DNA from: Marsupella aquatica
Taxonomy: Eukaryota > Plantae > Marchantiophyta
Assembly (NCBI GenBank): GCA_973895155.1
Contig: OZ316899.1
Location: 14,077,934-14,141,933 of the forward strand
Reading direction: 5' to 3'
DNA length: 64,000 bases
In this document: in pieces, positions 1 through 12,054 of the stretch
Position numbering within the stretch: the stretch's first letter is position 1
Layout of the letters: every line of letters starts with the position of its first letter
Notes under the pieces: generated by a model
The model's input: only the letters and a program-made list of their open reading frames with translations
What the model was told of the DNA's origin: nothing
Databases searched by the model: none
Translations under genes and position numbers: made by a program

Positions 1-102
1 CGTGACAATGATTATGTAGTCGTATCAAAAGGAGCAGTGCGTGTTTCTGTAGTCAAGGCATGTCATTCTTGTAGTGGATTTTTCAAGTGAGTCTCTGGAT
101 CA

Positions 103-540
103 CTACCAGCAATCAATCAGAAGGTCATCAACATATAACATAAGAATGATAAGGTCACCATTTGAGTGAAAGAAATATAGGTGCATATAGATCTCGTCAG
201 TTAGTGTCCCATTGAGGGCGGCGGTTACGACATCCATGTGATGTAAATCCCATCCATTTGATACAGTAAGGGCGATGACTGCACGTAAGGTTGGCCACAT
301 AAAGCATGGGCGAAAGTCTCATTATAGTCGATGCCAATTTTTTGTTGAAATCCGCGTGCAATGAGGCGAGCTTCCACACGGGAGTCAGGCTTAGCCTGAA
401 ATATCCATTTTGCAGTGAGAGCTCCTCGTCTTGCGGGAAGGTACACAAGTTCCCAAGTTCCCATGTATAGTAGTACAAAATGATTTCATTTCAGCCTGCA
501 TGGCTTCTTTCCATCCTGGGTCCTTGAAGGCCATCTCGAC
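103..540 (-). pseudogene. Ty1/Copia reverse transcriptase fragment (degenerate)
   Basis: Motifs TWELVYLP..KWIF..ARLIARGFQQKIGIDYNETFA, LHHMDVVTA.LNG and ILMLYVDDLL across frameshifted ORFs. Confidence 0.9.
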
Positions 541-924
541 TAAGAGATTTGTGTAATCAGGGTTTACTAGGAGTTTCGATTAGATTGGTACTCATCTCAT
601 AATTGTGCGGTGCCATGATGGAGCCCGACTAGGTCGAAGCGAATGCATGGGAGCTTGGGCTGGTTCTACATGAAGGCGATTGTAATCAGGAATTTATTCG
701 ATTGAAGGGCCTGTCTCGATGATTGTCCTGCCTTGTCCGTCTCTGCGTTGTCCCGCTCTGCGTCGTGAGCAGGACCACCCCCCTCTAGCGCGGCGTTTAG
801 GGTGAGAGATTTGTTGCAGAGGTAGTCGTCTATGAGAAGGGATGAAAACAGGTCGATGGCAGCTGAGTGGTCGGTTTTTGGAGTGTCGATGGTGCTCTCA
901 TCAAATGTGACGCCATTCATTCGG

Positions 925-1170
925 AGGAGAGAAAAGATGGTGAGATGAGAAAAAGATATCAATATGAGGAAAAAATGTTGAGGGTGAAGAAAGATGTTGT
1001 GGTGAGATAAAGATGACCAGGTGAGAAAAATATGGCAAAATGAGACAAATATAATATATATGTTGAGGTGAGAAAAGATCTCAAGGTGAGTAAAATATGT
1101 CAAGATGAGCAAAGATCTTGAGGTGAGAAGATCTTAATATGAAGAAAAGATGTCAAGATGAGAAAATATT
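925..1170. repeat. Degenerate ~19-bp minisatellite (AAAAGATGTCAAGGTGAG-like)
   Basis: Repeated aaaagat...ggtgag/gatgag units; the same unit recurs near 63370-63510. Confidence 0.6.
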
Positions 1171-1550
1171 TTATCTGTATTTTATTTATATTTGAAATTA
1201 TTTCAAAAAAATTAGAATTTTTAATTTATTAATAAAAAAATTCAATTGTGACAGGTATGGGAAGGTTAAAGGGTAGCTTGTGCAGGAACTTATTTTTAGA
1301 AGGGATGTATGGATAGATCTTAAAGTGTGGAAAAAATTATGTTTTAATAAACATTCAAAATTGATTGTCACTTTTTTTAGTTTATAAAGGGTCCGTATCA
1401 TGATTATAGTGGTACATGGTAAAGGGAGGTCTCCTTCATACTCTTGCATTGCTAGAGACCCTCCTTATTTTCTTTGTACTATTAAATTCATTTGGTGCTT
1501 GGAACATTGCTCTCCAATTTCATTCACAAAAGAAATCATTCTTTCATGTT

Positions 1551-2983
1551 TTTCATTTTGGGGATATTGCAAATTTGAATGACTACTATAATAAAAACAA
1601 GTAACATTTTATTATAGATTTTGATATGGTCTTTGTAATCTAACCTATTTTTAATTATCCTATTTTAATTAAATTACTATCATTATTATATTTTGCAATA
1701 TTGTAATACTTATAATAATATATAGTATCATATATATTATGTACTTTTATATTTCATGTGTATACCTCCTTGATACTCATGCATGTACATTCACTCTCTT
1801 GTTTTGTGTGCCCCATTGGTTCTAGCATTGGCTCCCTACTTTTGTGTCTCCCATTTGATTCCCCGTTTGTTTGGAATGTATTTATTATTTTTTGGTGCAC
1901 ACTAAATTTAATATAACCTTTATTCCTTCTCTTTGACATTATTAATGCTTTTTGGACACTTCAAATTTGAATGACGACCACTTCATAAAAAGGCGCAACC
2001 TTGTATTATAGTTTAGGATTATAAAATCTCTACAAAAATAAGACCATGGCTTTTTATTGATTAGTAACACATACATTTGGAAAAAAGAAAACCAAATGTT
2101 TCTCCTCTCATGAAGGTGGTCTATATTAAGGCAGTCTCTTTTGAGCATGATTATTATGACTCTACACTTATGGGTTTTTTCCTGGTTTCCATTTGCCGTT
2201 AAAATTGATGAGAATTCTTTGTCAAGGGAAAAGATGTGTCCAAAAGTTATATGAGTCTACTTAGATTTTCTTAATAGACCCACCTACCCATTATAGCCAC
2301 ATGTCAACTCACCTTGAATTTCCAGTCACCTTGATATTAGAATTCTTTTATGGATGTTAGTGCCATAGTCTAGGTGTGGGTGGAAGCGCATCCGTGTCCC
2401 AAGCTATGGGAGAGTCTTTATTCTTCCTTGCACCCAGTCTCATGGACATGAATATTTAGGCCTTAAATCCAAGGGTCATAATGAGTTCCCTCCAAAACTG
2501 CATTTTGTAAGCAGACGATAAGTAAAAAAGGGCGGGATTTAGGGTTTAGGGATTTAGGGTTTAGGGTTTAGGGTTTAGGATTAAAAAAAGAAAAAAGAAA
2601 AAAAGAAAAAAGGGCGGGATAGTATATTATAGTGAGTAGATTTGTAATCAGTATGACTCTTCTTATGACACCGACGATCATGTGGGTACTTGATATAATG
2701 ATATCTATGTCTAGGCATGGAGAGGAGTATTTCTTATGCATGGATTACTTCCTAGGGATGGATGGTACTATGCATAGATGGTCTAGGAAGTACTTCATTA
2801 TTGTGCATTGGTATTCTGCAGTACTCTTTATTTCTTACTTGGAAAACGTGTCACCCTTTCCCTCACACTAAATATAATTCTATTTATGTTTATTCCTTCT
2901 CTTTGGTCCATTCATTACTTTTTGGACACTGCAAATTCAAAAGACGACCACTACATAAAAAGGCGGAACATTGTATTATAGTT
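1551..2983. repeat. Three diverged copies of a ~70-90 bp unit (1551-1620, 1921-2013, 2891-2983)
   Basis: Shared core ggacact(g/t)caaatt..a.gacgaccact.cataaaaaggcg.aac.ttgtattatagtt; copy 1 is more diverged. Confidence 0.7.
2538..2579 (+). repeat. Interstitial plant telomeric repeat (TTTAGGG)n
   Basis: About six TTTAGGG units, flanked by the direct repeat aaaaaagggcgggat. Confidence 0.85.
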
Positions 2984-5900
2984 CTTGATGATTGATGATT
3001 CGAATTGGTTACAGGAGTTGGGTTTGCGAGTGGAGGAGTTTGTTGAGGGCAAATGAACGATTGCAGTGTGACAATTAAGTAGAGGGCTGGCGCCTGGGCG
3101 TCTTTAAGGTTTAGAATTTGGGTTGGATGATCCTTTGAAGCCTTTACAGTGTCATTTTTGCTTCATTTGTTTGGTGTTGTTCTCTTCAAGAGCGGAGGCG
3201 GGTTGAGGAGCTGGCCATAGTGGACAATCTTGTGGTAGGCATTCAAGCGGCTCTCCACCCGGCACCAGCATTGGAAGCTATGAGGCTGCACCAAAGCTTG
3301 GACAATTTAGGTGAATGATGGAAGGACGTCGTGATGAAGTGCAAGGTAGGATCAGGGTGTGCGGCTCCGGGGCCAGCAAAGATTGCTCAATCCGCTGAGT
3401 CCAGTGGTTGAAACTCATTTTGCTATGAACTCATTATTAAACCACCCCGTCGACCCTGCGCGACGCTCGCCCGAAAAGCCCGTGGCTCCCCCCACGTTAT
3501 ACTACTTAAGTAGGATAGGATAAGGCATCCCCAAAGGGTTGTGAGCTGGAGGGGTGTTTTGCAGCCCATCATCCACGGGAGGGTTTGGTTTTTAAGAAAC
3601 ATTTGCCTCACTACTATATATGGACTTTACTGTCTTGTAAGGATGGGCCTGGCGAATTTCTGCCTATAAATTCCATACCAACATCTTATTGCTAATCTGA
3701 GCACTGTACCCGAGTTGGATTCAGATAGAGAGATGGATATATGGTTTGCATCGATGATATATGATTTGCACGGTTGGGGTGGGGGGGGGGGCGGTGTGGA
3801 GAGCCCAATTGGGGGGTTTAGGGTGATGGGAAGGTGTGGTGCTGTTGTAACTTGGGTCGAAATTAGGACCTTGACCTTGTGTGTTTACAACGGAACCCTA
3901 AAATGAACACATTCCCCCAATAAATGCCAAAACTTTTGCAATGGCCAAGTACAAGTTTTGAAATTGCGAATGGTCTACAAAGAAAATGCTCAAATGCTCG
4001 GCAAATAGTACTCTTTCTTGAGATGAAAAGTCGTAGCCCTATGTGAACCGTCTGACCACGACGACGACCCTTCCACAGCGACCACATGCAACTTTTAATG
4101 TAGAAAACAACCTATTGTTGTAGGCATTTGTGATGAGATTAGCTCCGTGAGGGTTTCATTCCAGGAGCCGCGTTCCCAGGTTCCTACTAAACCCTCATGT
4201 TCAGTTCGTGCAAATTTTCACTGAACGAGTGTACTTGGCCTGTAGACTTCATCTGCCGCAGATTTGACCTCCAAACCTTTCTCATCACGCGAGCCGGTAA
4301 TTGGGCTATCATGCACAGCCCTGTTTTTGAGAAGGGCTTGATGAGATCAATTTCCCAACGTACACGCTCATATCTCGCTGGCCCTAAACTGAATGATTCC
4401 TTCTACTGTAGCTCGATCTCTTGTACACACGTGGATGAATGTCTGCGGTACGGTTGTTCAGCCCCTTGTAGTCTCTGGAAAATGTCACAAATAGGATGCA
4501 GACAGAGTTTGTGGATAACGGAGGAGGTCATTCTCCCCCCTTTTGCTTTGATCCGCTCCCTGTTTTCCCGTTTATTTTTCTCCCCTTCTTTTGGTCCTGA
4601 TTTCTTCATTGCCTCAAATTTTCAAATGACCTACTGACTAAATCTCCTTTATTGTGCTTGTCTCCAAATTTGCAAGGGGATTGATTGATGTTGAGGGCCA
4701 AAAAACAATGCCACTTAGCCAGGTGCGTGGATGGTTTGAACCGTCTGTACTATGGATCTTGGCTTGACCCTGGCAGAGTTATTTTAGAACTCGTCGAGAA
4801 ATGAGGTCAGTTCCGGCTTACCGTTTTTTTCTCAAGACAGGGTGCGCTACCTTTGACATTCCGGAAGAAGCCCCGCCCACTTTCATCCGGCCAAGATATA
4901 GGTCACGCCTATTGTGACGAGGCTTGATTCGAAGGAGATGTGAACAAAGCTAAGATACTCTGGAGGTATTGATGACAAAGATGAATATGGAACCAGCAAA
5001 GGCGGTTGTTGGAGTGTAGTAGAAGAAGAACATTCAGAAGCAGTGCCATGGCGTTTAGGGTAGAGGATACCGCCGACGACCTGAGAAGTACAAATTTGGA
5101 GATTGATTGACCTACCTGGAGACTCAGAAGACAATAGCTCTGAAGCAGTTTGTATCAGAGACGTTTTCATACGGTTGAGGGGCAGGCATTTAGGGTACCC
5201 CTCAAAACCGAAGGTGGATGATCCAGTTGCCTTCAGACTCACGGGAAGGTGGTTCGGAAGTGGGAACGAAAACCTTTAATTTTACATCAGTGGGAGGAAA
5301 TGGAGACCAAACTGCCCCGAAACAGTATGTACAGAGAGAGTAACTTTCACCGAGCAACCTCTTCCCTTGTCTAGGTTGTTGAGTGACTGGAGGTATGAGC
5401 TGAACATGGCAAAAACTTCGGCCCGCATCATAGCAGCATAAGCCCAGGAGTGTAAGAGGACAAACAATGAGGGAGTTGGAATCAGAAGGGAGGCTGGTAC
5501 AGGAAATTACTTGTCCGGGTAAGGTAGGATGGAGCAAAGGAAGAGGTACAGATGTTGGAAAAAAGTTTTAGGGTTTAGGGTGCAAAACTTTCAAAATTGC
5601 AAGGGAGAAACAGAGGGGTTTGAGAGAGGAGAGGCAATGGGCGTTATGTAATTATAGCATCAAAGGATGTACACGGTATGGTCAATGAAGACGACCCGAG
5701 TAGGAGAAGAAGTAGCTAGGGAGCTCAGTGTTGGAATGCAAAATGAAAATGAAGATTGAATTGCGACGAATGCGCATTTTAGGCGAGGGGAAAAAACAGA
5801 TTTGTGTCTAGCTAGGCTACATATTCCAAACGTTATCCCACAAAGAACATGGTATGTCGACCCAACCCCGAAACCCTATGAGAAAATGCAGCAGTGCAAT

Positions 5901-6116
5901 AATGTGGGATGTGAGCGGACTACGCCGTGACTAGGGTAGATTATATACACTACGCCCGTGAGTGGGTTTAGGGTATACACACATGTTGCTATAGAGGACC
6001 GGTCCCAATTTTAGACTTGCCTGTTCATGGTATGCATCTGGGTATACTCAGGTTTTTCCGGTTTTGGTGACAGGTTGGATGTGTTGAACGTACCGCCGGA
6101 CGCTTGAAGGCACTTG

Positions 6117-8123
6117 TGTCACGCGATTGACATGGGTCTTAACACCAAAAACGTCACTATGGGTGCCAAAACCATCTCCTTGTACCTGAGGATCACGAAG
6201 GGATGTTGTGAAGGCCGGTAAACACCAGTTTATGCCCTTAACACCAGATTATCATAGCAAGACTCCGTCACACATCACCCAAGCTTAATCCCTAAGAACC
6301 AAGGTTGGGAATCAGATCCAGTGCTCATGATAGTTCTGGTGAGAAGGGGTCTTCATATCGGGCCCGTACACACAGGGCCTAGCGCTATGGTGCGCATATG
6401 TCTATACGTATGCTTACTGTCATAGATATATTTCTATTCCGCCACCGGAATGTACCCATAAACCAGTGACTCCTGACTGATTCCCGGCTTAGAGACTTCT
6501 AAGCCATTGCCCCACCACTCTGCCATTCCACTCTCAGCAATCAGAGCTGTGACAGCCCTCACCCAACCCACTTCAATGCACCCGGTACACCTCTCAGTGG
6601 CGTTGCTAGTCGCATCATACACTCAGATTGCCTCACACACACACACACACATCCATGAGAGAAATGAGGCCTGAGAGGAAAACTCAATTAGATTCAAAGA
6701 TGTGCACAATAGTTCACTGAGAACACTTGATCAAAAAATAGGCCCCAAGGCTGTCTCCTCCAGATTGCGACGTGCTTGCCCCGCAAGCCCCGTGCTTGCC
6801 ATGCAAGCTCAATCCTGAACCTGAGCCCGGCTCACTCCAGATTGCGACAATAGATTGGACTCGAACCAATCCCGTACTTGCCTTGCAAACTCAATCCTGA
6901 ACTCAACCTCCTTCATTGCACTTCATTCTTGGGGGCACGTACAGATCTCACACCTCCATTCAGAACGTCAAGTTACGCATGCACAGTTGACTCGACTTCA
7001 AAGCTGGTACCAGGCCTAACAACGATCTATCCCAGACTGCAATGAGGCCCGGCCTCACGCTTGCCCTGCAAGCTCAGCTCTGGCCATAAATCCCTTAGTG
7101 GTCTCTACCAGACAAAGGCCGGGACTCCCCATGGATCACGTAGCCTTGCCAGACTGAACTGTAAATGCTCCTCCTGTTGCCCCTCAATCAGTGTCTCAGC
7201 CTTCCTAATGTGCTCACCGCAAATCACATTGACATCCTCCCCACAATTTACAATCACCAACACATCACCTATCACCAAGGCTCTGTATCGGGGGAAAAGA
7301 ACCCAGTTGTGTTGCCTACTAGAACGAGCCACAATCCAGCTTGCAAACCTGGCTAACTGTTGCTGTGAAGCGTGGCTGATTACTCCCTGAGTAATAGCAC
7401 AACCAAGCTCTCCCCAACACACAGCTTCCAAGCCCAGCCTTCCTTGCATAGAGCTCCCCCGCAACCGAGAGAGGGTACTCACTGCTGCGCTAACCCGAGT
7501 TACATAGCTAACCCGAGTTTGGCTAACCTAGCTATCCTATCTAACCCGAGTAGAGCTAACCCGTGGTCTTGGGTTAGGCCGCTACCTGCTATCCGCTAAC
7601 CTAGGCTAAGCTGAGCCCAAACCCGAACTTACTTATGCTAACCCAAGCCCGAGTTCAGTCTAACCCGGGATCAATCTAATCCGAACCCGGGTTAAGCCTA
7701 AGCTGAAGCTGTTCTTACTTGAGTTAAGCTGAAGCCGTGCTCACCTGAGCTAAGCCGTGGTCGAGCTTAGGTTAACCCGAAACCGAAGCCGAATCCGCTA
7801 ATTCCGGTCACAAGTTAACCCGTGACACTAATCAGGCCGTATCTTCCTTAATACACCTCCGTTTCTCGAGTGTTTTATATCGATTTTACTCACCTTGACC
7901 AGATCTTTCCAATGCTCTTTACAGATCCGGATTTGGTGACATATTGAAAGAGATATGGTCGCCGACCACCCGTGACATAGCTTTTATTTCCCTACTCTTA
8001 ACGCCATGATTGCCCTTATTCTTGCCATCTTGCTAATTGTTATGCAATATCAATAACTACTCCTTGCATACAACAACCTAGTTACTCAGATTATAGAATA
8101 AGGACCATGTCATCGGCGTCACA
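6117..8123 (-). mobile_element. Solo LTR (Ty3/Gypsy-like), ~2.0 kb
   Basis: TG...CA ends, imperfect ~24-bp terminal inverted repeat (tgtcacgcgattgacatggg / ccatgtcatcggcgtcaca), 5-bp TSD ACTTG at 6112-6116 and 8124-8128; internal GCTAACCCGAG-type short repeats at 7480-7830. Confidence 0.8.
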
Positions 8124-9607
8124 ACTTGCAATTTAAAGAGTTGAGCCTCGGAGACAATCAAACGATGGAAGATGTACAATAGGGGTGTAAGTCGTAAGCT
8201 GTACCAAGCTCCATGACTTGAATGTTGAATGAACCAATTCGTGTTGTGAAGGGATTTGCATGAATAATTGTTGGAGAGTGAGTGGTGGGAAGGTTTTTTT
8301 AATGGTGCGTGCGAAATGCTTGTAGTGAATGGCTAAAATTGAGTAGATCATGGGCTGCTTATGGGCTGCTTTGTAGACAACGTCATGTACCTCATACGTA
8401 CAAGCAACAAATACAAAAGACATTTAGTGTTATTTTTCCTGTTCATACCTGCCCCACTCTTAACTTACACTACTACATATTTGCCGTTTTTGCAAAGGTC
8501 ATTTACAAGGGGATAAACAAACCACGAAGCGCCATTCATCGTTCATCTTGCGATGCAAACCGCATCGCAACCACTATTTGCGAAACCCAAATCTTCGCAA
8601 ATATTTGCGAAACCAAATATCTCCCAAAATGTTTCTTAACCTTTGAGCATTCTACTTAGTAGTGATGTTTACCGTTTTGCAAACAACTTGCGACGCCGAA
8701 TGCATCGATAACGTTGCGATACTTCTGTAATCAGAAAACGGCTTGCGATGCAAAATTGATCGCAATACTGCAAAACTTAGAGAATTGCTACTTTGCGATA
8801 TGGTATGGCTCGCAAAATCAAGGCGCCTCAGTGGTTCTCTTTAGAGAAAGCTTGAGTTTTGGAAAGTTGAGATACGCATTGCTTCGGAATGTAGCGATGG
8901 TGTTGAGATGGGATCTAGCGATGAGATGGGGATCGCTAATGTAGCCATGAGGTTAAGATGGGTGGGGGTTTGCAAAATGGTTTGCAAAATTGGTTTTGGG
9001 GTTTGTCAGATTTAGAAAGGGCATGGGACAAGGAATGGAGGAAGGAGGGTCAAGGAGAGAGGAGGGAGGAGGTACAAACAGTTTTAGGGAGGTACACTTT
9101 AGGAAGAAAAGGAGGAGGAAGGGTTGACTTAAGGGGGGACAAGGAACAAAGGGAGGAGGGAGGAGGGCGGTTTAGGGTGCACAAGGAAATGAGGGAGAAG
9201 GGAGCGTACCTACCTACAGTTTAGGGAGGGAAAAGGAAAGGAGGGAGGAGGGAGGGAGGGTGGAAGGTATAGGTTTAGGAGGGGGACAAGCCAAGGAGAG
9301 AGGAGCATAGGTTGAGGACAATGAAAGGTGGAAAAAATTGAGGGCATGTATAGGTTTTAAAAAGGAAGGGGTTGAGACAAGGGGAGGAGGGAGGTGGGTA
9401 CAAGTACTAGAGAGAAAGGCTAGGGGGTGGGAGAAGGAAAGCTACAAGGAGGAATGACTACAAGCAACATGAGTTTTCTTTTCATAAAGTGTACCAAAAG
9501 GTGTGGGAGTGTACATAGGACTTTGGGGATGGAAGATGTAAAAAAGCCACATTTAAAATTGATATACTTACAAGATTGATTTGGGCAAACATAAATTTAT
9601 TAATAAT

Positions 9608-11228
9608 TTAGAAACAGATATTTCTCCAACCAAGAAGAGAGATCCTCATATGTTCAAATCTAACTATATATCCACATAACATATACCCCTCAAACTTGGT
9701 CTTCATCCTCTTCAGGTTGGGACACAACCAAAATATTTGGCTTTTCCCCAACAACTGAACGAGATCGTGGCACATATGTGATGACAAGTGACCATTCCTC
9801 TGGGTTTGGGGGGTATGGAATATAGAAACATTGTTCCACATGACTTGGAAAAGTGAACGGCTATGATGTTTGCCAATGAGATGGCTGGAAACTAGTGGAG
9901 ATGTCTTTAGCCGTGTAAATCCACACTCATCTTGAAGCACGGTGGGATTGTTACCTGCAAGGTTCACTTTGAACCACTTGCACTTGAAGACATACTCTTC
10001 AAACTTTGATTGTGCATCATAAGAGATCACTAGGATCTCCTCTATCTTTCCATAATGTGGCACAACATCTCGAATAATATTTGTGTCATGGCGACTACTG
10101 CGGGAATCTTGAGAGAATTGTCCTTGAACTCCACAATCAAAGGTACGACCCCTCTTCTCATCAAGGGAAGAAACTCTAAAATCCATCAAACCATAAGGAC
10201 ATGTTACAAAAATAGGCATAAACATATAACAATTAATATCACATGCCAAAAAAATGTCTTTTCAATATATGTGGGTGCATTACACATAAATTACAATCAT
10301 CATAGATGAAAGGTTACTAAGGTACTTGGAAATAACCTGAAATGTCTCCCTTGTGTCCACATTGCCATCCTTGTTGTAACCATTCTCAAGGGACCATGAA
10401 CAATGGTACGGACGTCATCTGTGATAGCTGGAAAATGTAATACATTCTCTCCCCTCGCTACCATGTCATCCACCTCAACCAACTTCTCCTTCATGTAGTC
10501 ATGGTACTTTGGAAAGATCCTTGGTCTTCTACTGGTACTTTTGGCATCCTCATAGAAATCCCTCCATTCTTCCATGATAGTGTTGTTACTCAACATGAAT
10601 ATGGTTAGTTGTTTCAACTCCACTGGTGTCAACATGCGGGTTTTGATAGCACCTATTAAACGATCCTCCTCATCTTCCCTCTCCTCTACCCAAGTACGGG
10701 GAGAGGTACGATCAATTGTGGCCAATATGTTACTGCAATAGAACATACTCTCTGCTGCCAAGTATCTTGTAGCCATGCTTCCCTCAACCCGTGCCCGGTT
10801 ACGTACATAACCCTTTAATACTGCCATGTACCGTTCCAACCAATACATCCACCGACAATGCACAGGACCAGCAATGGCCACCTCATGAACAAGTAAATGC
10901 ACTTGGCAATCAAAAAAGGAAGGAGGAAGGGCCTTTTCTAACTTGCATACCACCTCTGCTGCCAGTACCTCCATTCCCGGGATCTCTTCACAATATATCT
11001 CCTTAGAACATACCCATCTCAATAGTTTTCCCAATGACCAAATGGCATCTTGCACTTCTGAACTTGCCAAACCTATTATGGCCACGGGCAATATATGCTG
11101 CAATAACCGATGATAGTCATGCGTCTTGAGATACATTGGCCACTTATAATTGTCCTCCATCCCAAAGGCTTTCCGGAGATTGGCACCATAACCAGTAGGA
11201 AACCGCATGCCTCCTATACGATTCCTAA
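9608..11228 (-). pseudogene. Element A TnpD/Tnp2-type transposase, 3' part (DUF4218 + DUF4216-like)
   Basis: LKTHDYHRLLQHILPVA, LPPSFFDCQVHLL.HE, GPVHCRWMYWLER, YGKIEEIL..FKCKWF; intron near 10180-10335; frameshift near the 3' end. Confidence 0.9.
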
Positions 11229-12054
11229 CACTAGTAGAAACCGGGGGGTATTTAGACCCCATTAAACGACTATTCAGTACCGTATAGGACTTGGAAACGA
11301 CTGGGAAGGACTCTAGTCCTTTATAGGACTGCGAGTCGTATGTTTTGTTACTATAATCAACTGAGTCCTTTATAGAACTGGTTTATAAGTCGTTTAATAG
11401 ACTGGATTTTCAGTCTATTTTAGTCTTTGTGTGGGTAGCTTTGGTGAGTCATTTTTAGTCTTTTATGGGCTGCGATGATGAGTCGTTGGGAACGACTAAA
11501 AAGGTTATGGAGGGTAGTCTTTAAATATACTTTGTGGGGTATGTATAAGTCTTTTATGTCAACTGGATATGAGTGATGAAGACCCCACTATACTACTTGG
11601 AATGAACCCACTCTTGTGCACAAATAACATATTGCATTCATGTTTTATTGTGTACTTGGAATGAACTCACTCTATAAGTTCACCATTCATCATGTTAACA
11701 TTAGAATACATAGTTTCAGAAAGCCATCTTCTATACCATGTACACTAATATGAATTCACAGATTCAAACTTCATAGACTACAAAGAAGGTCACAAAGTAT
11801 TCCTCTATACCATACACACTAATACTGAAATGATAAAATAGATTCAAGTATCATAGACAATCACCATAGAGCCATAGTTTGACATCAATCACTTGTTTCA
11901 TACATACAGAATTCAGAAATATCAATGTCACACACAACGTCTCCTTCATCCTCTTTACCAAATGGAAAAATTGGTACAGATATTTCTTGGATCTTTCCAA
12001 GGCAATGTCAAAATGTGACACAATTCACATGATGCTATCTACACTTGCATTCAG

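Noticed and set aside
1-7. CGTGACA as an LTR end
   Set aside because: Too short and at the window edge; no PBS follows.
7480-7830. CRISPR-like or structured RNA array
   Set aside because: Irregular short degenerate repeats without unique spacers, inside a solo LTR in plant DNA.
8950-9460. ORFs in the purine-rich tract
   Set aside because: Low-complexity G/A-rich sequence near the end of CACTA A.
10300-11262. MGSKYPPVSTSV as the transposase N-terminus
   Set aside because: These codons come from the TIR of nested element B.
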